A DNA stretch of 64,000 nt, from the NCBI RefSeq assembly GCF_001194135.2, contig NC_068989.1, forward strand, positions 85,849,790-85,913,789, given 5' to 3'. The stretch is from Octopus bimaculoides. Its lineage: Eukaryota. A program made the position numbers and the translations under genes. This document shows, in pieces, positions 1 to 11,132 of this stretch. Each line of letters starts with the position of its first letter. Position 1 is the stretch's first letter. The notes beneath the pieces were generated by a model. That model saw only the letters and a list, made by a program, of their open reading frames with translations. It searched no databases and was not told the DNA's origin.

Positions 1-850
1 CACTGGGGTCGATGAAATCGACTAGTCCTCTCTACCAAAATTTCAGGCCTTGTGCTGCCTGTAGAAGAAAGGATTGTTATTATCTTTGGCGTTCAGCTAC
101 CAGAACCAATTAGCGTATTGGACAAAATGCTTAGTGACATTTCTTGTGGCTCTTTACATGCCGAGTTCATCCTCTCGGGGTCGATAAAATGAAGTACCAA
201 TCAAATTTCAAGCCTTGTGCCTGAATTAGAAACAAGGGCCGCGAGCCAGTAGAACAGTGGTTCCCAAACTATTTCAAGCTGCTGCCCCCTTGACACCCAG
301 GCCACATTCCGAGCGCCCCCAACTAACCATCACAAACATATACCTCTTTCTGTTCTGAAACAAATTCAAAGCAACTGAATATCACAAATAAAACCTTACC
401 TAATGAACCCATTATTTTGTTGTTTTTACATGAATTGCTACCCCATTATCGTTCCACTTTTCTTCAACGCCCCCAGGGGATGCAATACCGCCTGCTTTGG
501 AAACCACTGTGGTAGAATCGTTAACACGCCGGATAAAATGCTTTGCAACATTTCTTCTGGCTGTATCTTTTGAGTTCAAATTCTGCCGAGGTTGACTTCG
601 CTTTTTCATCCTTTCAGGAGTCAATAAAATTAATACCACTCAAATACTGGATTTTCTTCCTCCCACTGAAATTGCTGACCTTGTACAAAAATATGAAACA
701 ATTATTATTATGGGTATTGAGCTGGTAAAATCGTTAATACATCAGACAGAATGCTTTGCAATATTCTGAGATCAACTTTGCATTTGATCTTTTCATTGTC
801 TGTAAAATAAGTACCAGTGAATTACTGGTATCAATGTAAGGGATTAATCA
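1..850 (+). mobile_element. Cluster of tRNA-derived SINE copies/fragments ((ATT)n-tailed family; others at 2395-2500(-), 30990-31080, 55552-55735, 60340-60700, 60715-61050)
   Basis: Recurrent gagctggcagaatcgttagcacgcc..gttctgagttcaaattc..gcctttcatcctttcggggtcgataaaataagtacc..tttcaggccttgtgcct..attattatt; boundaries approximate. Confidence 0.8.
255..509. mobile_element. hAT (Charlie-like) MITE inserted in a SINE head
   Basis: TIRs CAGTGGTTCCCAAA / TTTGGAAACCACTG; 8-bp flanks cagtagaa / tggtagaa. Confidence 0.8.
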
Positions 851-1011
851 CCTGTCTTAAAAACTGCTGGCCCTTGTGTATATATTAGAAATAATTGTTG
901 TTTAGCTCCATCTAAGCTCTGATTCAACAGATCTCCTCTCAGAGCTGTTCCACCATCACTATTCTGTCTTTTATTCAGGCATGGTATATCTAGAACAGCT
1001 TTATCTAAAAC

Positions 1012-1229
1012 AGTGGAGTCACAGTCAGAAACAATTAAGGAATAGCTGGAGTCGGAGTCCGTAAAACTATACCGACTCCGACTCACAATATCTTTATTCT
1101 TTAATATAAACCAGTTATAACATATAGGCCTACTCAAAGTACAAGCATATGCATAATGAGATATGGAGACCAAAATCATTTAATTGCATATAGAAGAGTC
1201 AAAGATTTTTTTCCGACTCCACAGCTCTG
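1012..1229. mobile_element. Probable MITE with GGAGTC/GACTCC subterminal motifs
   Basis: gagtcggagtc...gactccgactc inverted motif 1049-1084; right end ccgactccacagctctg; left end degenerate. Confidence 0.45.
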
Positions 1230-1239
1230 GTCATGTTAA

Positions 1240-1428
1240 AACTTGTGCAACAGATTGATTATACTTTTACACTGCACAAAATAACTTAACAATTTTTTAA
1301 TATAATTCCTAATATTTAATTATAAAAATATAATAGTATTTTTTAAACACTGAATAGCTATGTGGGTTCACCCAAGTAAAATAGAAATCAAAGAGATTCA
1401 TAAGTAAAAAAATGATTGAGAAACCCTG
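1240..1428. mobile_element. hAT MITE right-end fragment
   Basis: Ends tgattgagaaaccctg; AT-rich interior resembles the 11347-11839 element. Confidence 0.5.
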
Positions 1429-1719
1429 ATTTAATGTGTCCTTTGTGGTGGTTGTTTAGCTCTAGTTCCAGGCCAGCCCTAATCTGGAAGGCTTACGACC
1501 TAATGTGTTTCACCCATATCCATCAATCTTTTATCCTGACGTAGTGTATCTAGGTCTTATTTACTTGATATACTCTTTCTTCAACATAGTAGGATGTGAT
1601 NNNNNNNNNNAGCAATTACCTCTTGTGATAGGACATTAGGGTTGCATATGTCTGGTTTGAATGCTAAACGGTTAATGTTGTTTTCTTTCTTTTTGTCAGG
1701 TGATATTTTAATTGCTGAA

Positions 1720-1816
1720 ATGATGCTGGCCCCCTCGATGAATCCACATGATGCTGCAGCTCAGATGACTACAGTGAAGTCATACATAGCTTTAATTGCG
1801 GACCCTACACCTGCAA
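1720..1816 (+). CDS. TRRAP: TRRAP first coding exon (acceptor AG at 1698-1699, ATG at 1720)
   Basis: MMLAPSMNPHDAAAQMTTVKSYIALIADPTPA; donor GTAGGT, phase 1 matches next exon; sequence diverged from vertebrate N-terminus. Confidence 0.75.
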
Positions 1817-4800
1817 GTAGGTTTCTCTCTTTATCTTCACCTTTTTCCTTTTTATTTTTTATTCCTATTCTTTATGAAGGGGGCTGAAAAATTACTGGCT
1901 TTGGGTAAAAAAAAAATACAGGAGGATCAGTTAAATATGATTTTATTCAACATAATCCCCTCTCAAATTCGCACTTATTGCAGCAGTCCTTCAGTTTTTT
2001 TAAGCCCTGTAAAAGAGCTCGAAAAGTTGGGCCTCCAACCAGGGTTTTTGCAATATCCTTAAAACCAAGAACTTTACAGCAACCCCTTGTATATTATCAC
2101 TGAGTTTGGTTTCATAATCCATTTACTTGATATTTATTACTACTTCGATCCTTGTAAGTAACCCATCTAAAAGTCATGGGCCTCAAGTGGACATTTCACA
2201 ATCCTGTACTAACTGGAGTATAAGTTGTAAACTTCATGTAGGAAAAGATATTAGATGTGTGTTGTTGATAGGTTGGTAACATGGTACCTAGAGTGGTATT
2301 AAAAGGGTTAACCGCTACACACTGTTCTTAATTGTGTTGTACAGTTGTTCTCATGAGTGAGTTACATCAACTCCACTGTTCAACTGGTGCTTATTTTATC
2401 AAACCCAAAAAGACGAAAGGCAAAATCGACCTCTGCAGAATTTGAATCCAGAATGTCGCCAAGCATTTTGCCTGGTGTGCTAAAAATTCTGCCAACTTGC
2501 TGTCTTGCAAAAAAAAAAATAAATAAATAAATAATAGAAAAAAACCTACAGTTTTGTAGACCTGTCTGACCTATATCAGTAGGGAAAAAATGGTTCATTA
2601 AAATAAAGAAGATAATGGCTGTTATATTGATAATGATGATTCTAACATCCATAATGATAGATAAGTCTTGATCGACAATAATTCTATGAAGTAACATAAT
2701 TGTGCATTCCTCTTCAACTAATTCCAGAAATGGAAACTGATATGGTGAATTTTAAATGACAAGATTGTGTAGCAGAATGATGACAACTGACTAGTGAATC
2801 ATCTCCTAGTGATACAGCCATCAGTTTTCCCATTTATTGGTTGAGAACGTTGGTTTAGTATCTTCTAGTTGAGGTTGTTGTGATTATTAGCTGATAAGAT
2901 CTGACTGCTACTTGCTTCCTTCTCTCATACTAACTACTCTACACTGCTGGATGTATCAAGTGAGAGGGTGGCTCTCTCAATCATTTTAATAAATGCTCCC
3001 TAATATCCTGAGCCACCTTGGTTAATGCTCCCCTCTCAGCTGAAGTTTTATGTGGTACTGGCATGGGTGCTTTCACGTGGTACTGGCACAGATGCATTTA
3101 TGTGGTACTGGCATGGGTGCTTTTATGTGGTACTGGCATGGGCGCTTTCATGTGGTACTAGCACAGATGCTTTTATGAGGTACTGGCACGGGCGCTTTTA
3201 CGTGGTATTGGCACAGATGCTTTTATGTTGTACTGGCATGGGCGCTTTTATGTGGCACTGTATGGGCACTTTTACGTGGTACTGGCACGGGCACTTTTAC
3301 GTGGTACTGACACGAGTGCTTTCACGTGGTACTGGCATGGGAGCTTTTATGTGGTACTGGCACGGGAGCTTTCACATGGTACTGGCATGGGTGCTTTCAC
3401 GTGGTACTGGCATGGGTGCTTTCATGTGGTGCTTGTCTTTGGCACTGACACCCACAAGCCTGCATGACTAGAATCTCTCAGCTGAGAGAGGAACAAAGAA
3501 GACATGTATGTATGTATGAAAACCAGCCAACTACTTCATCTCTTACTAATTTGGCAAACACACAAGTCAGAAATGGGACAGAGGGGCTTTTGCAAATATT
3601 GAAACCTTGTCTGATGAAGGATGCACTACATAGTATAGATTAACAGCTAGTAACTTCAGACTCGGATCTTGGCAACCCACAAAGACAACACAGAGGGGGA
3701 AGATATAGAAACTAAAATATCATGCCAATTAGGAGTAGATTTGGAGAAATTCTAATTGAAGCGTATGTCTGAAGGGTTTTAGTAAGTAGGAAAGAGGAGA
3801 GGACCCTGATATTAGTTAAGAGTTAGTGACAGGAAAGGATCCAATCATAAAGTCACAAATTTCATTGAAGTGCAGGCTAGCATAGAAAAACAGACCTTTA
3901 TTTTGGTTTGATTTTTTCTTCTTATTTATATTTTGTTGAATTTCTCTTATAGTTGTTGAAAAGAAACTAAAAGCTGCTCAAGAACTCAGTGAAAATTTTG
4001 AGGTAAGTGATAATGAAAATATTTTAACATAGGGGAGTGGCTGTGTGGTAAGTAGCTTGCTTACCAACCACATGGTTCCGGGTTCAGTCCCAGTGCGTGG
4101 CACCTTTGGGCAAGTGTCTTCTACTATATCCTAGTGCTCACCAAAGCTTTGTGAGTGGAGTTGGCAGACAGAAACCGAAAGAAGCCCATCGTATATATGT
4201 GTATGTATTTATTTGTGTGTTTGTTTGTCTCCACAACATCGCTTAACAACCGATGCTGGTGTGTTTACATCCCCATAACTTAGCGTTAGAATGTTAGAAT
4301 AAGTACTAGGCTTACAAAAAATAAGTCCTGGGGTCGATTTTCTCGACTAAAGGCGGTGCTCCAGCATGGCCGCAGTCAAATGACTGAAACAAGTAAAAGA
4401 ATAGTTTACCTAGCACCTGAGAAATAGCTGTTGTTATGTGAAGGCCTTTGATCATTTCTATGTAATAGCAACAGCATTAAAGTAGGGCCTCTTGTTGCTT
4501 TAATCTCCCCAGACAATAGTAATGGGATTTAGAATGATAAAATGTAATTTTCCCAGTCAAAAGTTAAAATTTTTACTGTATTCTTATTGTGGTACTTTCT
4601 AATGAAGATTTGTTGTATATTTTGGTCTACCTGAAAAGATACAGTGTTATAAGTTCCAATCTTACTACGCCTCATTTCTGAATTCACTGTATTTAGTTGG
4701 TTCATGAATACTATTCCCTTATAATTCATAGCAGAGTTGTTACTGTCAGAAAGAGGTAATAATTAAAATGTCATCTCACCTGTGCTAGTCTAAAAAAATT

Positions 4801-7800
4801 TTTTTGATGTTTTGAGAAAGTCAGTGTTAACATTATTTTGAAAAAGTCAGTGTTAACATTGTTTTGAAAAAGTCAGTGTTAACATTGTTTTGAAAAAGTC
4901 AGTGTTAACAATATTAATTCTTTCGTGACCAATCTGGTTGAATCCGGCTCTGGCTCTGAGTTCAAATGTTTTATTTACATAAGTTTTGAATTAAAATCTT
5001 TCACCAAACCTTAGTCAGAATTTATGTTCCTAACACTAGCTGAATGATTAAGTTATTTTACTAAATTCTTTGTTATATTTAAAGTAATTGAAAGAAACAC
5101 AGAGCATCTCAAATTAAATATAGTAACGAAAGGGTTAATGAAAACAGATATATTTTTCAGCATATAAAAGAGACATGTCTAGAGATAATTTGATTTTGTC
5201 CTTGCTGAAGTATTGACAAATGAATTACTAAATATGCCAGATTGTCCATTTATTAATATAGGAAAATATTACTCTCTAGAAATGAAATAATTCTGGCTCA
5301 TATTCCATCAATGTATTCCCCTTCATCAAAGGATTGTACTCCTCTTTGCAGTAATATACTGCTCTATACAGGATTGTACGACCCATTTTGAGAGTGGCTG
5401 AGTTCCTTTCAAGTGTTGGGCCTCACTGAAGCAATGGCCAAGACCTTTGGCATTATGTTGTGCTACAGAAGAAAACCCATCAAGCCAAGCAAAATCGCAG
5501 TCGTGGCAGATATCAGTGTCACGCAAATGGCACGTAAAAGCACTCATTACACTCTTGGAGTGGTTGGTGTCAGGAAGGGCATCCAGCTGTAGAAAACCAT
5601 ACCAAATCAAACTGGAGTCTGGTGCAGCCTTCCAGTGTGCCAGCCCAGTCAAACCGTCTAACCCATGCCAGCATGGACAACAGACGTTAAATTATGATTC
5701 CTTTACCTAGTGAGTGTCAAGGAGTCAAATTAGCTAATTCACTGACTGACATTCCATGAATGATTTATTCTCTTTCTCTTTATTTCAGAGTATAGTTATT
5801 TCTCCACAGTATCCACAATTTTTACAAGATGCTCTTAGAGTATTTCTTAAGATTCTGGATGAAGGGGAGCCACATTTTGTGGCTGAACAGAATATGCAGG
5901 TGAGTTATAGTTATGACTCTGTGTGTATGTGTATGCAGACACAAGTGTTTTGTCTGCGTGGGTGTATGGATGTACATATGTGTTTGTGTGTATACATATA
6001 TATATATATGTACACACACACACACACATGTATATTTATTTTTATATAAAGTTGTATTTACATGTGTATATAGTGTTGTTTAATCTTTGATGGTATATTG
6101 ACTATGAACTATTTTATGGTGAAAGACACTGCATTGTTGACAAGATTGAAAAGACTGCAGGTAGTCACTTTCTGCTTCAGCCAAACCCTCATTATCTTCA
6201 AATTCCACTTAAGGCGGAAGGTGAGAGAAAAGAGGGAGGTGCCAATCTCAAGTGAATTTGCTGAAAGTTGGGTAAAAATAATGAGTTTACTCTTTGCATG
6301 TGCACGTAGACTATAGAACAGTTGAAGGAAGCCACTTACTCTCTGTAATCAATGAAGTTCCTTGAGATTCACTTCTGGTAGCTGTCTTCCAACTGGACTT
6401 CTTACTCCATTCCTTTGTACATTGTTATTTTCTATAATTGATTCTATGTCACTGCCCCTGCCAACTGTTTTTATAATTTGTTCTTGTAATGTCCACATAT
6501 TTGTCACCCTTGTGGCAAATTATAATGAGTTATCATTGTAGGGGCAGTGGGCTGGCAGTAATTAAAGCTTTGGACAAAATACCTCGCAGTATTTCTTTTG
6601 GCTCTTTATGTTCAGACTTCAAAACCTGCCAAAATCAACTTTGTAGTTCATCATTTCTTTTTCTTTCTTTTTTTTTTTGTGGTGGAGGAGGAATCAATAA
6701 AATAAAGTATCACTTAAGTATATTGGAGCAATGGTATCAGCTAACCCAGTCCTTCTAAATTTGAGGCCTTTCGTCTATTCTTGGAAGGATTATTATTGTG
6801 ATTCTCTGTTATTCTTTTTGCAGCAACTCCGTAAACTGTTGTTGGAAATTATCCACCGAATTCCATGCAACGAGTACCTGAAACGGTACATTCCACAGAT
6901 CCTTCCTTTGATGTTTAAACTTCTAAAGGTAATTAATCAAACTCATCAATTCTCTCTTCCAGTTCCTATGTGTTTTTGTTCTCTTCTAATTTAAAAAAAA
7001 AAACAAGAAAACAAACACTTCTGTTCTGGCTTGTTGCACCCCCCCTCTCTCTCTGGGAGTTTCAGCTGGAAAGGTTTGGTAATTTTGGTAATTCAGAAGT
7101 GCATATTCTGGTGATGTAGTGAAAAGTTTGCATACAATTATTGAAAAGCTAATACTATTAACATAATAATATTAATATATTAATTGTCATGTCTTAGAAA
7201 GAACTCTTTCGTTATTCTTTTATTTCTTTGTGTAGGTTGAAAATGAAGAGAATGTTCTAGTATGTCTCCGGATAATAATGGAGCTTCATCGCCAATATCG
7301 GCCACAGATGAATGAAGAGGTATGTACGATAATCAGTGGGATTAGAAACCTCCCCTTTGTTATACATGGTGTCCACAAAGACTGTGTACATGGAGTAAAT
7401 AAAATCATAACATAAACAATTAAATATAAGAAATAATAATTTCTTAAAGTATGTGTTAATCCTCTTGTACCCAAACTTTGTGGACACCCTGTAGAGTCAT
7501 AGTGGATGCAAAGTTAAGGTTCCTCTCCTTACTTCCAAATTACCTGACATTTCTTTGTCAGAACAATGCAAAATTAGTTCGTGACAACATAATGCTGTTA
7601 GCGTGAGGAATTATTTAGATGAATGCAAATTGTAAGACAAAGTTCTGTTGAATGGTCATCTAGGCTGTTTGCACACATGCATCATACATTCTACTTTTCA
7701 CTCTGAGCAAGAGGCCCTTTGTTACCAGCAGAGATAGGAGCTATCTAAACTTTGCCCAGGCTATTCTTATTCTAGCAGCTATGCTCACAGAGCATCCACC

Positions 7801-10800
7801 CCTGCTACTGACTTGGTGACCTAGGTAACAGAAGCTATCAACTACTTCTAGTTTTTTCCCCTGGCATATGATGGAATCTGTTTTCTGTACATCTTAGGTG
7901 TTTATTGCTCCTGAGCATCTGCCACACACAAAAACTATCTTCCCAATTAACCTTCCTTTGATATTACTGCACTTCCTATGTGTCCATAACTTATACTGGG
8001 TACATATTATGGAGTTTCTGCAGATCAAGCAGGGCCCATCTACCTGAAGGGTTTGTGATTTGTCTGCCTTCCTACTTACTAAGACTTTGGTTTTAGCTAG
8101 GTTCACTCTTAGGCCCTTTGATTCTAGACCTTGCTTCCATACCTGAAACTTCTCTAGCTCTGGTGGCGACTCAGCTATTAGAGCAAGTTCATCAGCATAG
8201 AGGAGCTCCCAGGGGCAGCCCATCTTGGTGAATTCCTCTGTTATTACCTGGAAGACTATAATGAATAAGAGGAGGCTGAGGATTGATCCTTAGTGAAGCC
8301 CTACTTTTACCCAGAATTCTTCACTATACTTGTTGCCAACCCTCACCTTACTGACAGCATCCCTGTACATGGCTTGTACAGTTCTCACCAGCCACTCATC
8401 TATCCCTAGTTTCCACATTGACCACCAGATGAGGGATCGAGGGACCCTGTCAAAGGCTTTATAATAAAATAAATGCATGCAAATTATAAAAATAATTTAA
8501 AAAAAAAATATACACTGCAGTATTATTTCTACTTTGTGGATTTTCACCTATTCGGAAGTTTTGGGACGTAACAACCGCTATAGTTGAGGGATTACTGTAT
8601 ATATATATATGAATATTGTGTATGTATGTATATTTATAATTTCAGATTCAAGGGTTTTTGCAGTTCGTGAAGAAGATATATGCTAACTTGCCCAATTACT
8701 TGCACAAGATATTTGAACCTCGACAGCAAATAAAAGTGAAAGATATCACAGAGGTGAATGTTGATGTCTATCTTCAGGAGATCTTCACAGTTACCACTAT
8801 TATGACAGACAAAAAAAATGCTGACAATCAAAGTGTATCTGTAAGTTTACTTAGTTGTTGCACTTCTCATTGTTATTGTTGTTGTTCTCTGTCTCTTTTT
8901 TGCATCATTCATATATACCTGTCTCTATGTTATACCAAACCATACTGGTTACATGTTATACTGGAATGCACAAAATGCCTACAGATCTCACCAGAATACT
9001 CTGTTGGATTATATTGTCTTGTGTTACAGCAGACTACACTAAATATCTACATTTTACTCCTGACCACACCATGTGGCTACATCCTACACCTGACTGCAAT
9101 AGATGCTTGCATGTTACATCAGAATACGCTAAATGCCTAAATCTTACACCAGAATACACTAACTGTCTACATGTCACATCAGACTACATTAAATGCCTAC
9201 ATGTTATACCAAACCAAATTACAGATCTTTCTAAAGCGTCTATATTTTATTTGTTTCCAATTTTAGTACAACATAATTCCACGAGCTGTTCTGTCCCTCA
9301 AAGTCCTCGCTGAGCTTCCAATTATTGTGGTTCTTATGTACCAAATCTATAAACCCAGTGTTGACTATGATGTCTCAGAACTCATACCTCTCATAATGAA
9401 CACCATCACTCTTCAGCCTCAAGCCCAGCTTCGGTAAGTTGTTTTTTCCTCCTCAGTTACACCCTGAGATGTCTTGTTCATGTCATGAGTTAGTTCAACT
9501 GTAAATCAGGCTCTCTGATCGTCTGTGAATGTTACCTGCGATTGACTGCTGTACTATCCATGGAGGAAGACTTCCTTCATCATCTCAGAACAGAACATTT
9601 TATTCTACATTACCTTCAGTTCATATTTATCAGAAAAAATAGGTACCAGATTATTTTGGGATGATGTTACCTGTATTAGACTGGTGTCTTATTCAGGTGG
9701 AAGATTTTTCTCTGACTGTTCCCATTGGTTTGACTAGCATTCTCTGTTACTTCTTTAGACTACACAAAATATTCTATATAACAGCTCACATGTATGTCAA
9801 CAGGAATGAGTACCAGACAATTTGGAGGAAGTAACCTCTTGTAGACTAGTGTCTTATCCAGAGGGTGATTTATTTCTCATTCTGTGTTTTGTTTTCAGGT
9901 CAGAACACTTTGTATCTATTCTATATTACTTCAGTTCACCTACTGTAGCTTTCAGGAATATATAATGAATCATCTGGAGGAGTGTACAGTGTTTTATAAA
10001 ATAGATAACATTTTTTGCCATACATTCCCCCAGGGTTGTAGGATCATTAAATTTAGTACCAGTCAGGTACTGAGGATAGATAACATTGAACCCTTTTCTC
10101 TCCTTTTGCAACCTCAAAGTGAAATTAGAAATCTTTGTAATATTCCTTCTATATTAATATTTAATTTTTATTCTACTCCAGCAATAATCCAGCTTTTAAC
10201 AAAGAAGTGTTTGTGGACTTTATTGGTGCCCAGATCAAGACCCTGTCTTTTCTTGCATATATCATCAAATCTTACCAAGTAATTACAAACAAGCTTTCTT
10301 TTCCTTTTCTTTGTTGCATTTCTTTTTACTACATTATTTACATTTGACGGATAATTGTTTTGAAGCTAAACTTATTTTGACCTTCTCTCTGATGTAAAAT
10401 TTAGCAATCTTCTTGTTTTCTTTACTTTGTTAATCCCTCCATTTCCCCTGTGTTATCTGGGAGCCAAAAATTATTTCTAATTAATTTTACATGGTTTGTA
10501 TTTGAAAATGTTACTAATAACGGCTCATTTGTTTTATTTAAATACTCATAGGATCAAGTATCCCAGAATTCCCAGCAGTTGGTACAAGGACTGCTTGGTT
10601 TGTTTACACTGTGTCCGCCTGAAGTTGCTCATTTACGCAAGGAACTATTGATTGCCGCACGTCACATACTCACCACTGATCTACGCAACAGTAAGTCACC
10701 TTTTCTTGGCTTCGTTTCTTTTCCATTTTTTTTTGTGTATCGTAGCAGTTAGCTGATAGAATTTTTATTCACAGACTCCCTCTGTATGCTTGTATGTATG

Positions 10801-11059
10801 TAAGAACCCTTATCTTGACATATAGTTGTAAAATAAGCATCACCATCATACAAGCTACGTTTGACATTTCCAGTCTTCGGTGTAAAACGTGTCTGGCCAT
10901 GGGGAAATATCACCCTTCTTGGCAACAGGAAAGGCATACAGTTGTAGAAATTCCGTCTGACTCCATGCAAGCACAGAAAAGTAAACATTAAACTATGGTG
11001 ATGAGTGTTTGTGTGTACATATGTATATATCTTTGTGTGTGTTTATATGCATCTGTATG

Positions 11060-11132
<73 letters not shown>

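Noticed and set aside
3046-3431. CRISPR-like array or Trp/His-rich protein (ORFs 3025-3471, 3225-3467)
   Set aside because: Units are contiguous with no unique spacers, there are no cas genes and the context is a eukaryotic intron; the ORFs are by-products of the repeat.
9884-10282. 132-aa ORF after an acceptor-like ttttcag at 9899 as an extra exon
   Set aside because: No TRRAP similarity; exons 7 and 8 already join in phase with the expected peptide.
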